Source: an uncultured virus (IMG/VR IMGVR_UViG_3300042402_002237) (taxonomy: Duplodnaviria > Heunggongvirae > Uroviricota > Caudoviricetes). Taken from it: a stretch of DNA of 64,000 nucleotides. How positions within the stretch are numbered: position 1 is the stretch's first letter; every line of letters begins with the position of its first letter. Made by a program: the position numbers and the translations under genes. Location: the IMG/VR virus record IMGVR_UViG_3300042402_002237; one strand, written 5' to 3'. This document shows positions 47,569 to 57,200 of the stretch, piece after piece. Below the pieces are notes generated by a model that saw only the letters and a program-made list of their open reading frames with translations, did no database searches and had not been told where the DNA came from.

Positions 47569-47591
47569 GTGTTAGTTCCTTTCGTTGTTAA

Positions 47592-48254
47592 TTAAATCGA
47601 GACCTTAGGCGCTACAAACGTGTTGTTAGCGATTTGGACTTGAACAATCGTTTTAGCATCGCCCCAAGCGTTTAACTCGCCTGATGGGTAAGATACTTCA
47701 CGGCCTAGACCTACTACGCGAACTTGTCCTTGAACAGTGGTAGCAACAGGAGTTGCCAACAATGCTGTGGTGGAGAAGCCTGCGCCGCCTGTACCAATGG
47801 TATAGCCGTCGGTTACAGTCGAACCTGCGGTTGTATCAAAGTTGTACTGACGACCAATGGAGCCGGTAGATGCGGAACCATTTACTTGAATCTCATAAAC
47901 GATGGCTGGGTCTGCAAAGATCCAGAATACGATCTGAGTAGCTGCGTCTAAAGTTGCCTTAGATGCAGACTTACCAACGGTACGACGGCCTTCAGCGGTT
48001 GTATATTCTACACCGTCAAATACGCCATATACCGTGCCAGAAGCGGCGGTTTGGTTTGCAATGGTTAATTGACCCGAAGCGGTAAGGCTTACTGGTTGGT
48101 ACTGGAAAAAAGTTTCGCCAGCACTCAAAGAGTAAGGAGCTGTAAATGTACTACCAGTGACGAAAGTGTTGGTTCCAACGAATGGAACAGCACGATCGAG
48201 ACCACTTGGGTGGTACACAGGCTTCAGACCAAAGGGTTTAAATGTTGTGGACAT
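47592..48254 (-). CDS. putative capsid cement/decoration protein
   Basis: PFGLKP, GVF.GVEY, DP..VYEIQ; directly upstream of MCP. Confidence 0.6.
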   Translation of the reverse strand: MSTTFKPFGLKPVYHPSGLDRAVPFVGTNTFVTGSTFTAPYSLSAGETFFQYQPVSLTASGQLTIANQTAASGTVYGVFDGVEYTTAEGRRTVGKSASKATLDAATQIVFWIFADPAIVYEIQVNGSASTGSIGRQYNFDTTAGSTVTDGYTIGTGGAGFSTTALLATPVATTVQGQVRVVGLGREVSYPSGELNAWGDAKTIVQVQIANNTFVAPKVSI

Positions 48255-48287
48255 TTATGTTTTTCCTTTGTTAATTTTTGAAGAATG

Positions 48288-48842
48288 TTATTGGAAGCGA
48301 ATATTACTATTTGCTTTTGCGGTCTCTTTTTCCATTTCCAAAATTCCACCCTCAAGAATTGATCTGCCACCTTTGCCGTCCTTAGCAGTGCTACGAACGT
48401 TTGCGGTAATATTTCGCTGGTGCTCAAGGGGATCCTCGAGGTGCAGCATGCGCATCACTTCTTGATAGATTTCTTCTGGTAACTTGAAGAGAACCATCTC
48501 GTTACAACTAACACAGCCTTCAAACTTGCCCGAGCTCATTTTACCTAGTGATTCAAAGCCTTTTCCTAATTCTGCGGCTTTCACTGGCTCATAACCCAAC
48601 GCCATACGTTTGTCGATACTGTCATAATTATTTGTGGTGGATAACCAGCACAAATGGAATCCAGGGATTGTTCCCCCTGGAATATCTGGCAACGCGCTAT
48701 TTTGCCATTTATCTCTGAACGCCTCTGCACGTTCGCGCTTTGATTTCATATTCGGATCTTCTGCTGCCATCCGGTCTTTAACTTCTTCGACTCGATCAAT
48801 TAAACGATCTTCTAAGTCGCGTTTGATTCTTGTATTTGCCAT
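48288..48842 (-). CDS. conserved head-module protein
   Basis: GFH.CW, GYEPV.A.E, M.L.K.P.E motifs. Confidence 0.65.
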   Translation of the reverse strand: MANTRIKRDLEDRLIDRVEEVKDRMAAEDPNMKSKRERAEAFRDKWQNSALPDIPGGTIPGFHLCWLSTTNNYDSIDKRMALGYEPVKAAELGKGFESLGKMSSGKFEGCVSCNEMVLFKLPEEIYQEVMRMLHLEDPLEHQRNITANVRSTAKDGKGGRSILEGGILEMEKETAKANSNIRFQ

Positions 48843-48847
48843 GATAA

Positions 48848-49834
48848 TTATCCTTTGTTAGCGCGATCATACGAGGCGTATGCGCGGATCATTTTATTTC
48901 GTTTCTCAACATCGTCCCACGCACCAGCGTCTTTAATTGCCTGGACACGCTGAGGGCTTAACGTGATTGTTCCAGGTCTTGCGCTGGTTGTGTTTGCTAC
49001 CCGGCTAGAGGCCGTTGGGCCTGCACGACGAGTTTGCTGCCCACCTTTACTTGTGTAACGGTGTGGCAAACGTGCCGATAAACGATTGTCTAACTCTTCC
49101 CAATACTCAGGATCGCTTGGATCCCAACCATCTGTTGCGAGTTCTTGATCAATTACCTTGGCGATTCTACTATCTGTGTCTCGAGCCTGTGGGTCAAACC
49201 AAGAGTTTTTGTTTAACCAACGTGTCGCATTTCGCTGAACTTCCTCAGCCATGGGTGTTGGTACATTTTGCTTGGGTGCTTGAGCCGTGTCGAGCTGTTG
49301 TTTCTTGTAGTATTGAGCCTGTTGAAGTCTTTGCTTTGCTTCTGTTAGCTGCTCTAAATACTCTACCTGTCCTGCTGCGTCACCTGACTGCGCGGCCTGC
49401 AACATTTTCATTTTGGCGTATTCTACACGAGTCGCCTCGTCTTCAATCGCCTTATCAATCTGTGCAAACTGGTAGGAGGCTGTGGTGCTCTCTACCTTAG
49501 CTAAACGCTCTGCCAATTCTGCATTACGTCGTTCAAGTGCGGTAATTTTATTGCGGGCCGTTGCTTCGCGCTGTTTGGTTAATTCTTTCTTTAACCTGCG
49601 CTCTTCTCTACGTGCCTCGCGAATCTTTTCGCGGTCTTCATCCGTCTCCTCAGGATCAGAATCCACCTCGCCACCTTCGGAGGCTTCTACGGGATCATCT
49701 TCGTCCTGGTCGCTGTCTTCAACAGCGTCTTGTTTTTCTTCATCTGGAAAGTGATCAACATGCTCTTCCAGTTTGGCTAAAACCGTGCCATCATTTTGTT
49801 CCTTAATTGGAATATCTTTTTCATTATCTGCCAT
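48848..49834 (-). CDS. putative scaffolding protein
   Basis: Acidic N-terminus, coiled coil, W...N.WF, EY..ELD.RL. Confidence 0.65.
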   Translation of the reverse strand: MADNEKDIPIKEQNDGTVLAKLEEHVDHFPDEEKQDAVEDSDQDEDDPVEASEGGEVDSDPEETDEDREKIREARREERRLKKELTKQREATARNKITALERRNAELAERLAKVESTTASYQFAQIDKAIEDEATRVEYAKMKMLQAAQSGDAAGQVEYLEQLTEAKQRLQQAQYYKKQQLDTAQAPKQNVPTPMAEEVQRNATRWLNKNSWFDPQARDTDSRIAKVIDQELATDGWDPSDPEYWEELDNRLSARLPHRYTSKGGQQTRRAGPTASSRVANTTSARPGTITLSPQRVQAIKDAGAWDDVEKRNKMIRAYASYDRANKG

Positions 49835-49849
49835 AATTTTCTTTCAAAA

Positions 49850-50290
49850 TTAGTCTACAAACGCTTTCATCTTCTGCGCATGGTCAAATGACTTAATGCG
49901 AGAGATAATTTCACGTGCCTGGATGGTAATAAACACCACGGGGGATCCATCATCATCTGGGCTTACAACAAAACGGTCACCGCCGTACTTGATGGTTCTA
50001 ACCAAATCACCTTCTTTGCACCAAGGGCCTTCAATCCAAGGCTCTAGGGTATCTGGCGACTTATATGCTAGCGGGCCAATCTGGCGTACTTTAGCTACGG
50101 TCTCATTGAAACGTAACGTCTGTCGGGTCTCGTCAACTAAAATGATTCCACCCTTGCTTTTGTCCTTCTCCCGTCTTAACTGCACTAAAACACGGTCTCC
50201 GGCCACTTCAATACCTGGATCGATGTCTGGAAAGCACTCGGCTTCCGAACGAAGATCTGGGTCTTCCTTTTGTGATATATCAAATGCCAT
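49850..50290 (-). CDS. groES: GroES-like co-chaperonin
   Basis: GDRVLV, KSKGGIIL, V..IGP.AY, W.K.GD.V...KYGG. Confidence 0.85.
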   Translation of the reverse strand: MAFDISQKEDPDLRSEAECFPDIDPGIEVAGDRVLVQLRREKDKSKGGIILVDETRQTLRFNETVAKVRQIGPLAYKSPDTLEPWIEGPWCKEGDLVRTIKYGGDRFVVSPDDDGSPVVFITIQAREIISRIKSFDHAQKMKAFVD

Positions 50291-50311
50291 CCGGCAGTCC
50301 TTTCTTGAATC

Positions 50312-50506
50312 TTACGATTCGTCTTCTTCGTCTTCCGTTAAAATCTCGTTAATAATATCCAACGTAATCTTAAATCCCTCGTGTCGGCCAACCAATCTCT
50401 GGTAGTCCTCAAACGAATTTACGTTAGTTCCCGCGGTAACGGATTCCGCTAGTGATTTTTGCTCAGCCTTTACACGACCGATAATTTCAGATAAAAAGTC
50501 CTTCAT
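50312..50506 (-). CDS. small conserved head-module protein
   Basis: FEDY.R.VG...G motif; probably leaderless. Confidence 0.7.
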   Translation of the reverse strand: MKDFLSEIIGRVKAEQKSLAESVTAGTNVNSFEDYQRLVGRHEGFKITLDIINEILTEDEEDES

Positions 50507-50511
50507 AATCT

Positions 50512-50542
50512 CACTAATGCAAGTATATGAAGGAATCCGCCC
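50512..50542 (-). promoter_or_regulatory. phage promoter GGGCG-N16-TGCATTAGTG
   Basis: Bipartite match with one mismatch. Confidence 0.7.
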
Positions 50543-50547
50543 TAAAA

Positions 50548-50766
50548 TTAATAAAAATTGCCGCCTTTAAGTTCGTTAAGATTTTTGCCTGGGCCGACTG
50601 GCTTAGCGTTTTTTAAGTTACCTTGCTTGGCGCCAATTTTCCAGTTATTATCCCGGTGGCTGCCAGATGGGCCAGCGTCTAGGGTTTTATCTTCTGGGCC
50701 GCCGCCGCTAGATAGTTTACCAGTCTCTTGGTATGTTTGACGAAAGCCTTTTAAATTTTCGGCCAT
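50548..50766 (-). CDS. hypothetical protein
   Basis: AGGAG RBS. Confidence 0.6.
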   Translation of the reverse strand: MAENLKGFRQTYQETGKLSSGGGPEDKTLDAGPSGSHRDNNWKIGAKQGNLKNAKPVGPGKNLNELKGGNFY

Positions 50767-50767
50767 G

Positions 50768-53515
50768 TTATGCTCCTGTGGTGGGTTTTGGTTGTAGTGC
50801 TGCCTGTACTGCCTGTTTAGCCATTTCGGCGTCAGTTAAAAACTGCTGTTTTTCAATCTCGATACCATGCTGACGGATATCTTTCTCTGCCTCGTTTACT
50901 GCCTGGATACCAAGCATTGCCTGCTCTTGGGCGAGCGCCATCTCTTGGTTTGTTAGTTGCAACTGCGCCTGCATAGCAGCCACCCGCTCGCGCGAGGAGT
51001 TGTTCATGCTGTTAATTGCGATGTTGGTGGAGTTCTTCTGGTTATCCAGCTCGGTTTGTACCTCGTATTTGCTCTGGAGTTCCAGTACTTTGCGCTGCAA
51101 TTCGGCGATCTTAAGCTCGTAATCTTGCTGGGCCTTTGACTGCTCCATCTGCATTTTAAGCTGTGACTCTTGCTGTTTGCGCTGGGTCTCTGCCATCTGG
51201 GTCTTGAGAATAACCTGAGCCGTTGGGTCCTGGGCCGCAACTTTTTCCATCTGGGCCTGTTGTGCCTGCTGAACTTTAGCCGCCAGCTCTTGTATCTGGC
51301 CAATGTATGGCTGTAATGTTGTCTGCGCGTCTTGTCCAACCATCTGCGAAGCTAACGCCAACGCCTGTTGAGATTCTAAATCTAATGGCTTCTCTTGGTT
51401 TAACTCTAACGTGTCCCGGCCACCTTGAGCCTGTGCAACGTATGCCCTCATCGATTGCAGGTAGTGCAGCGTTAAGTGTTGTTTAATGTGTTCTAACGCC
51501 AACGGTGCGTATGACGGCCCAATTACAGGGTTGCCGCCGTAGGCTGGGTTCGCAGCGTATTCTAAGTGAATCTTAATGTGGCTGATGTGATCTTGGTCGG
51601 GGTATGCCGCCGCTGGTCTGCCCATTGTCATCGAAACGTTTTCCAACGCTGGGTTTGACTCTTTCGCGCCCAATGGGTTTGGTAATATCTCGTCAATGTT
51701 AGGCACCTTGAGCTGGTGTAATACCCTGCGATACGCTGCCCGAATGTCAAACATTCCAGGTGGCGCTGATGTTGCCATCTGCAAGATAGCCTGGTTCTGA
51801 GCTAGACGTTGCGTCTCGGAGAAAATGTTGGGGTCAGATACTGGACGTACGTCGCTGTTGTATGCAAAGTCACGTACACGAATTTCTTCGCCGGACTGGT
51901 TGTCCATCTCTTCCAAGTACCAGTGATTGATACGGGAGATAATTGCCAGCGATTTAGCTTGGCTGCGGTGTAGTCGTGCGTGAATGCTGGAGAATACCTT
52001 AGCGCCCTGCTCGATGAGAGCCTGGGCCGTACCAACCGGCATGTTGTTGTTTGCCTCACCAATTTTTTCTTCTGCGGTGGTGACAACGCCTTTAGCCGCA
52101 TCAGTTAACCAGCCAAGTAAGTTAAACAGTACGCTGGACGGTTGATTAAACGGCATTGGCATCGCAATCTTGCGAACATCGTCAACGCCAGGTGCTCCTT
52201 CAATTTCTACTACTTGCGTAGGTTCGATTCGATCGCTTTGGCCACCAATTCGTCCACCCTTGAGCTTAAGTAGCGTTTGGGAATTATTAATATGCGCCGC
52301 GTCAAGGAGAGCGCGTAGAGCACCAGTGAGAGCAGCGCTAAGGCCGCCAATAAGATGGGGGAGACCAATAGCATAAGCGCCACGCCAAGGGATAAATTTA
52401 AACTCGACATACCAGTCCAGTTTTTCAAACTTCTCATCATTTGCTTCCCAGTTACGATACAGACCCAAGACTTTACTTGTGGTCTCATCAATCATTAAAA
52501 TGTAAGGGGCGCGTTGTCCCTTAGTTTTGTCGTCTTCATCCAAACGCATGAAGCAGGTAATCTCATAAACACGACGTAATCCGTCAATGTTTTTAGAAGG
52601 CATGTCTTTGCCTTCGATCTTGTTGTTTGCCTTTTCAGATTGCGTCTGATCGTTTAGCGGAGCATCGGAGGTGTACTCACTGTCGATGTCAATGTAGATA
52701 CCGGCTTCAACGCGCTGCAAAAATGTGTCTTCGGTAATGTCTTGTACTTCGGTTACACGTTGCGCTGTGTAGAAGTTAGTCGACGCGTATGGTAACAAGA
52801 TGTTATCAATCGCTACCCACTCGCAGATTGGTCGCTTTTGTTCTTCATCCCAGCGCCACTTAAGGAACTGTGATCCACCTAGTGGCAACTGAGTGAGCAA
52901 CTGCTCCATCTCGTCGCGATACTCTGGCACCTGCTCGGTTAGCTGCCAGTTAAGGAAGTTAACCTTACGATCTGCTGTCTCTTCTTTTATTCGGTCTGCT
53001 TCGCCCTTGATGTTGGACTTAACTAAACCATCGGGTGGAAGTAATTCCTTAGCCGTTGACGCAGCAAAGTCAACGCAGGCCTCTGCCATAACTGGGTGCA
53101 CCACCTTGGAAGCACCGTCAAACGTCGCCCCTCCCGGTGCATCTTTTCCAAGCCCAGTTCTACGCAATCCTTCTTCATACTGTTTATCTCGTTGTGTGCG
53201 CGACTCTTTGTCGGCGTCAATTAAATCCAAGTACTCCGTTGCGAGGGCCTGTAATGTTCCCTCATCAAACGACTCTGCCAGGTTCTCGTAGAACTCTGGA
53301 TTCTTACGTGGACTTTGTTTTTCTTGGTAGTTGACAACAACCGATCCGTCTTCTAGTTCAACTATTTCTTCTTCAACGTCGCCCGGTTCTAATCCCAGCG
53401 CGTCTTCGTAATAGTCCATCTCGGCATCTTGCGCCATGGCCTCTTGAATGTTTTCTTCGGTTTCAAGGCCCGGCAAATTTGCACCAGACTGAATAGGTAG
53501 TATTGGATTTGCCAT
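50768..53515 (-). CDS. portal protein
   Basis: 915 aa; ENLAE, VVHP..AEAC..F, LPL.GS.F.K, PVGT..AL.E.G, PVSDPN, C-terminal coiled-coil barrel; follows terminase. Confidence 0.88.
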   Translation of the reverse strand: MANPILPIQSGANLPGLETEENIQEAMAQDAEMDYYEDALGLEPGDVEEEIVELEDGSVVVNYQEKQSPRKNPEFYENLAESFDEGTLQALATEYLDLIDADKESRTQRDKQYEEGLRRTGLGKDAPGGATFDGASKVVHPVMAEACVDFAASTAKELLPPDGLVKSNIKGEADRIKEETADRKVNFLNWQLTEQVPEYRDEMEQLLTQLPLGGSQFLKWRWDEEQKRPICEWVAIDNILLPYASTNFYTAQRVTEVQDITEDTFLQRVEAGIYIDIDSEYTSDAPLNDQTQSEKANNKIEGKDMPSKNIDGLRRVYEITCFMRLDEDDKTKGQRAPYILMIDETTSKVLGLYRNWEANDEKFEKLDWYVEFKFIPWRGAYAIGLPHLIGGLSAALTGALRALLDAAHINNSQTLLKLKGGRIGGQSDRIEPTQVVEIEGAPGVDDVRKIAMPMPFNQPSSVLFNLLGWLTDAAKGVVTTAEEKIGEANNNMPVGTAQALIEQGAKVFSSIHARLHRSQAKSLAIISRINHWYLEEMDNQSGEEIRVRDFAYNSDVRPVSDPNIFSETQRLAQNQAILQMATSAPPGMFDIRAAYRRVLHQLKVPNIDEILPNPLGAKESNPALENVSMTMGRPAAAYPDQDHISHIKIHLEYAANPAYGGNPVIGPSYAPLALEHIKQHLTLHYLQSMRAYVAQAQGGRDTLELNQEKPLDLESQQALALASQMVGQDAQTTLQPYIGQIQELAAKVQQAQQAQMEKVAAQDPTAQVILKTQMAETQRKQQESQLKMQMEQSKAQQDYELKIAELQRKVLELQSKYEVQTELDNQKNSTNIAINSMNNSSRERVAAMQAQLQLTNQEMALAQEQAMLGIQAVNEAEKDIRQHGIEIEKQQFLTDAEMAKQAVQAALQPKPTTGA

Positions 53516-54066
53516 TATTTTTTAATCTTTTTTGAAATTGCGCTAGCCGCTTTTTTAATTGGCTTTGCAAACGGGAGAACACTTAATCCAGCGATTCCAC
53601 CAGTCAAAGCGGCACCGCCAGTTTCTCCTTGCTCTAATTGTCGTTTCATTTCTGGTCCTGCATCAACAATAGATGTCGCCATTGAAAGTGGGTTTAAAAA
53701 TTGAAGTGGTAAATATTCTGATTGCTGACCTTCAAAGCCAGTTCCAAATAATCTGTCGGCTGGTCTTTCGCCAATCAAGCTGGCTATTTTGTCACGCATC
53801 CAGGTTGTAGCTGTTTGGGGTTGTGCTTGAAACGTTGGCTCAACTTCTGGCCGCTGTGAGGCCATTTGGTAGTCGTATGCCTGCATTAGTGCCCTTAACA
53901 TTTCAGGGCTCATTTGATTTGTGCTGCCGCCGTCCGCAAAAAACTTGGGCTGTATGCCAGACTCTTCCATCAACAACTGTTGCGGAGTCTTTAACATGCC
54001 GGGGGAGGCGGGCGTCATGCCAGCCTCTTCCATTAACATTTGTTGTGGGGTCTTTAGAAAGTTCAT
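53515..54066 (-). CDS. hypothetical internal protein (duplicated LKTPQQ.LMEE.G; FADGG motif)
   Basis: Start at ATG 54066, downstream of a promoter. Confidence 0.6.
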   Translation of the reverse strand: MNFLKTPQQMLMEEAGMTPASPGMLKTPQQLLMEESGIQPKFFADGGSTNQMSPEMLRALMQAYDYQMASQRPEVEPTFQAQPQTATTWMRDKIASLIGERPADRLFGTGFEGQQSEYLPLQFLNPLSMATSIVDAGPEMKRQLEQGETGGAALTGGIAGLSVLPFAKPIKKAASAISKKIKK

Positions 54067-54092
54067 TTTGAGCGGGTGGTTATTCCTATTTA

Positions 54093-54123
54093 TACTAATG
54101 CACAAATCCAGGGGTATCCGCCC
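54093..54123 (-). promoter_or_regulatory. phage promoter GGGCG-N16-TGCATTAGTA
   Basis: Exact bipartite match. Confidence 0.75.
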
Positions 54124-55568
54124 TACTGGGCGTAGGGGTTGGCAAATCGCTTGCTTAGGTCGTCGTCCACGTAACTATAGTCTCGAGCCGGTAGCGGGTC
54201 GAGCTGGATCCATCCAGAATCACGTAGAACGCGCAACGCTTGCGAGAGGGAGTCGACGTAGTCGTCGTGTCCACCAGCCTCTGGAAATGAACATACTTGA
54301 CGCAGAAAACGTTTTGCCCAGTCTGCATATTCTCCTTTGCGTTGGGGTTCCTCTGGTATCCAGACTTTGCCCTTAGACACCAGCGGCGCGACAATGTTTA
54401 ACCGTTGTACCTTATCGGCGCGTCCCGGGTTGTATCCCCTGACAGGCACACCAGCTCCCTGGAGCTCCTGGATCAGCGAAATACCCGCCGACTTATCTTC
54501 CATGAGGATCAGGTCCGCCTTTCGGCCCTTACCAAAGTCATTATCGGCGCCGTAAACGACCTCCTTAAAGTCGTTGATTACCTTCCTGCGTAACTCGGGG
54601 TAGGACAGGTGCTCGTCCCAAGCGTCCAGTAATATGATCGCTGTACCAGCGTCTTGTTGTTCAAACACGCCCCAGATGGTGCAGGCGGTTGGGTCGTTCA
54701 TTGTTTTCTCAGAAGTCGCCGGGTCATACGACGCGATGACATACTCCAGTGTCGGAGTTGGCTTGTTGGCTGGCCAGAGCTTAAACTGTTTGCGTTTGAT
54801 GATACCTGACTGTTCTGGGTCAAGGATCTCGCCATAGATCTCTTGTCTTCCAATGTCAGTTCCGTCATACGTTTCAAGCTGTTTGAAAAAAGTCTCTGAA
54901 AGGTTTGCTCGGTTGTCGTAGGACGACGCGTTTGATACGTATACATCCCCACCTACTTTCCCCTCGTTTAAATCTACAATTAATTCTTTTGGCTTGGGTG
55001 TGGTGGTAATAATCTGCTGCACTCGAGGGATGCGTGGGTCCCGTAGACGGAGGGTAAACTGTACTCCATCGTAGGCATCGTCGATGTAATCAAATGCACA
55101 CAGCTCGTCAAACCACGCCCCGTGATATTGTTTACCTCGGTAGCGCTCAGGCTCGGAGGCCGGGATCCCCTGTATAAGAGATCCATTTGTAAGGGTGATT
55201 TCAAACAGGGACTTGTTGTAGTCTCGAATGAGTGACGGGGGAATGATATTGAGAAGTCCAGAGTCCCCCTCGAAACAAGTTGCACGTATATCGTTTGAGG
55301 TGGGAGCGGTGACGAGCCAGCGGGTGTTGTCATACATCCAAGCCCGAATACCAATCCAGTGGCTAGCAGTGTGCGTTTTACCCGATCCACGACCGGCAAG
55401 CATAAGAAACGTGTCATATTCGCCATCCTCTGGCTCCCGTTGGTGTGGTAGCGCCTGTAGGTGCCACTTGACCTGCCAGATGGCAGCCTCAAGCTGTTCC
55501 TTAGGCCAGTGCTTGTTGCTATCTGCGAACTTTTTTAATACAAGCTCTTGTTTTGATGTTAACGACAT
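54123..55568 (-). CDS. terL: terminase large subunit
   Basis: AGRGSGKT Walker A, WFDE Walker B, TTTP, EDKSAG, HDDYVD nuclease. Confidence 0.93.
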   Translation of the reverse strand: MSLTSKQELVLKKFADSNKHWPKEQLEAAIWQVKWHLQALPHQREPEDGEYDTFLMLAGRGSGKTHTASHWIGIRAWMYDNTRWLVTAPTSNDIRATCFEGDSGLLNIIPPSLIRDYNKSLFEITLTNGSLIQGIPASEPERYRGKQYHGAWFDELCAFDYIDDAYDGVQFTLRLRDPRIPRVQQIITTTPKPKELIVDLNEGKVGGDVYVSNASSYDNRANLSETFFKQLETYDGTDIGRQEIYGEILDPEQSGIIKRKQFKLWPANKPTPTLEYVIASYDPATSEKTMNDPTACTIWGVFEQQDAGTAIILLDAWDEHLSYPELRRKVINDFKEVVYGADNDFGKGRKADLILMEDKSAGISLIQELQGAGVPVRGYNPGRADKVQRLNIVAPLVSKGKVWIPEEPQRKGEYADWAKRFLRQVCSFPEAGGHDDYVDSLSQALRVLRDSGWIQLDPLPARDYSYVDDDLSKRFANPYAQ

Positions 55569-56551
55569 GAAATAAAACCCTCTCCTACGAGATAGCTGTT
55601 ATCTGGCCCGTCTGTTTCGATGTGAACACAGGTCTGCGGCTGGATCTTTGTAATTTTTTCGATGTACCTACGCGCCTGGTGTACTTTTATCGGTTTAGAT
55701 ACCTGATTAGGTACCAGTTTTAACCTGGTTTTAAAAAATAGCGAGTAAATTTTCTTTTGTTCTGTAAAACTGAGCCGGGTCTTGCCACCCAGGGACTCAA
55801 CTAGGCCCTGAACTGCCAGCGCCGTGCCATAATGTGTGGTCGAGAACCTAAACTGGTCTCTGTTTGTCGAATATTGCTGGGCCTTTGCAAACAAAATGCC
55901 ACGTAGCAGCTCAATTCGCTGGTCTTTGTCCGCCAGCAGGTAGTTTGCCGGTAATTTTGTCGGAATATCTGGGGCCAACTGTGACTCTATGGTCGGCGAT
56001 ATGGTAAATTGGCGCCAGCCATTTTTCAAAGTCTTGCGAATCTTGACCTTGTACCCAAAATCTTTGAGTTGCTGCTCAACTTCTTCGGTTGTATCGGGGT
56101 TTGTTGTAAAATATCCGCTGGGTTTGCGGTTTATAAACCAGAACCCAAACACAAACGGCGGGACTGGTAGGGTCTGGTGGGGTAGCTCGATGGGTTTTGT
56201 GGTAGGGATCGAATAGATCCGGTGGTTGTCTTCCCGCTTATGTCCCCGCTCTAACAAATTTTCCACGTTTATGGGCCGTAGTGGCCGCCTAAATGGGTGG
56301 TAGCCTTTGTACGTCATGGCACGCAGCCGGTACTTAAAGTTTTCCACCAAAAATTCCAGGCGTTTGTCCCCAGAAATTGTAAGGTAATCGTTTAACGTAA
56401 CCTCGTAGCAGTCCTCTGAGAAGTATTCCTGGACCAGCTTTACCTTTACGGGTTTGCCGTTTTGGTCAAACAGGTAGTCACCCGGCTGGATTTTGTTTGC
56501 CGGTTTCCAGTAGTCCAAGGTCAGGACTTTTTGATTTGCTAGTATTGCCAT
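55559..56551 (-). CDS. free-standing Hint (intein-like) plus degenerate LAGLIDADG protein
   Basis: VLT..W...I.PGD..FD..GKP..V N-Hint, PPF.FG.W and R.ELLRG endonuclease blocks, CVHIE.D..DNSYL C-Hint. Confidence 0.7.
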   Translation of the reverse strand: MAILANQKVLTLDYWKPANKIQPGDYLFDQNGKPVKVKLVQEYFSEDCYEVTLNDYLTISGDKRLEFLVENFKYRLRAMTYKGYHPFRRPLRPINVENLLERGHKREDNHRIYSIPTTKPIELPHQTLPVPPFVFGFWFINRKPSGYFTTNPDTTEEVEQQLKDFGYKVKIRKTLKNGWRQFTISPTIESQLAPDIPTKLPANYLLADKDQRIELLRGILFAKAQQYSTNRDQFRFSTTHYGTALAVQGLVESLGGKTRLSFTEQKKIYSLFFKTRLKLVPNQVSKPIKVHQARRYIEKITKIQPQTCVHIETDGPDNSYLVGEGFISCR

Positions 56552-56819
56552 AAAAATTATCTAGGACCCACAGGTCCAGCCAACGCCCTAACGGCGCCCT
56601 AATTTTGTTTTGGATCTCCACGGGCAGTCGGTTAATATCCATGTGCTCGCAGACCTTTAAACGAAACTCGATGTACTTAGCCGTCTCTTTGTCCAATATT
56701 TCAACTGGCGCGTCGGCAGAGTCAAAGTGATACAGGTTACAGACCAGGACACGGAACCCCCTAAGTCTTCCATTAGAATCTTCTAGGGCACCCTGGATCT
56801 GGTAAACATATTCGTTCAT
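56478..56819 (-). CDS. hypothetical protein (probably leaderless)
   Basis: ATG 5 nt after the promoter decamer. Confidence 0.6.
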   Translation of the reverse strand: MNEYVYQIQGALEDSNGRLRGFRVLVCNLYHFDSADAPVEILDKETAKYIEFRLKVCEHMDINRLPVEIQNKIRAPLGRWLDLWVLDNFYGNTSKSKSPDLGLLETGKQNPAG

Positions 56820-56824
56820 ACATC

Positions 56825-56855
56825 TACTAATGCAAACATTTGATTATTATGGCCC
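56825..56855 (-). promoter_or_regulatory. phage promoter GGGCC-N16-TGCATTAGTA
   Basis: Bipartite match with one mismatch. Confidence 0.7.
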
Positions 56856-56901
56856 CACCTCAATGCGATAGTTTTTAACTATCAATTTTGCTCGCAGAAG
56901 C

Positions 56902-57014
56902 GCGGCACTTGCGGCACTTGCGGGGGTATATTCCAGGTTTCCCTCTATCTTTATTTTTTATTTTTTAAAAATAATAAAAATAGTAAAGTAACCCCCGCAA
57001 CCCCCGCATCCCCG
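56902..57014. repeat. inverted 9-bp iteron-like repeats around an AT-rich core (possible origin)
   Basis: GCGGCACTT x2 plus TGCGGGGGT ... ACCCCCGCA repeats flanking an A/T tract. Confidence 0.5.
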
Positions 57015-57200
57015 TCAAACATCAAGGACTTAGCGCATTTCATTTCACATTGTGAAATTTACTATACAAATTTTACAAAAAAAATTTTAGAAAGTCGACT
57101 TTTGTGGGTAATGGAACGAGCTTGGGGTCTGTGGGGCCCCCAGCCGGCCGCCCCGCCACGGGACCCAAATTGGCATACCGCATTATGAAAAAGCCCCCCG

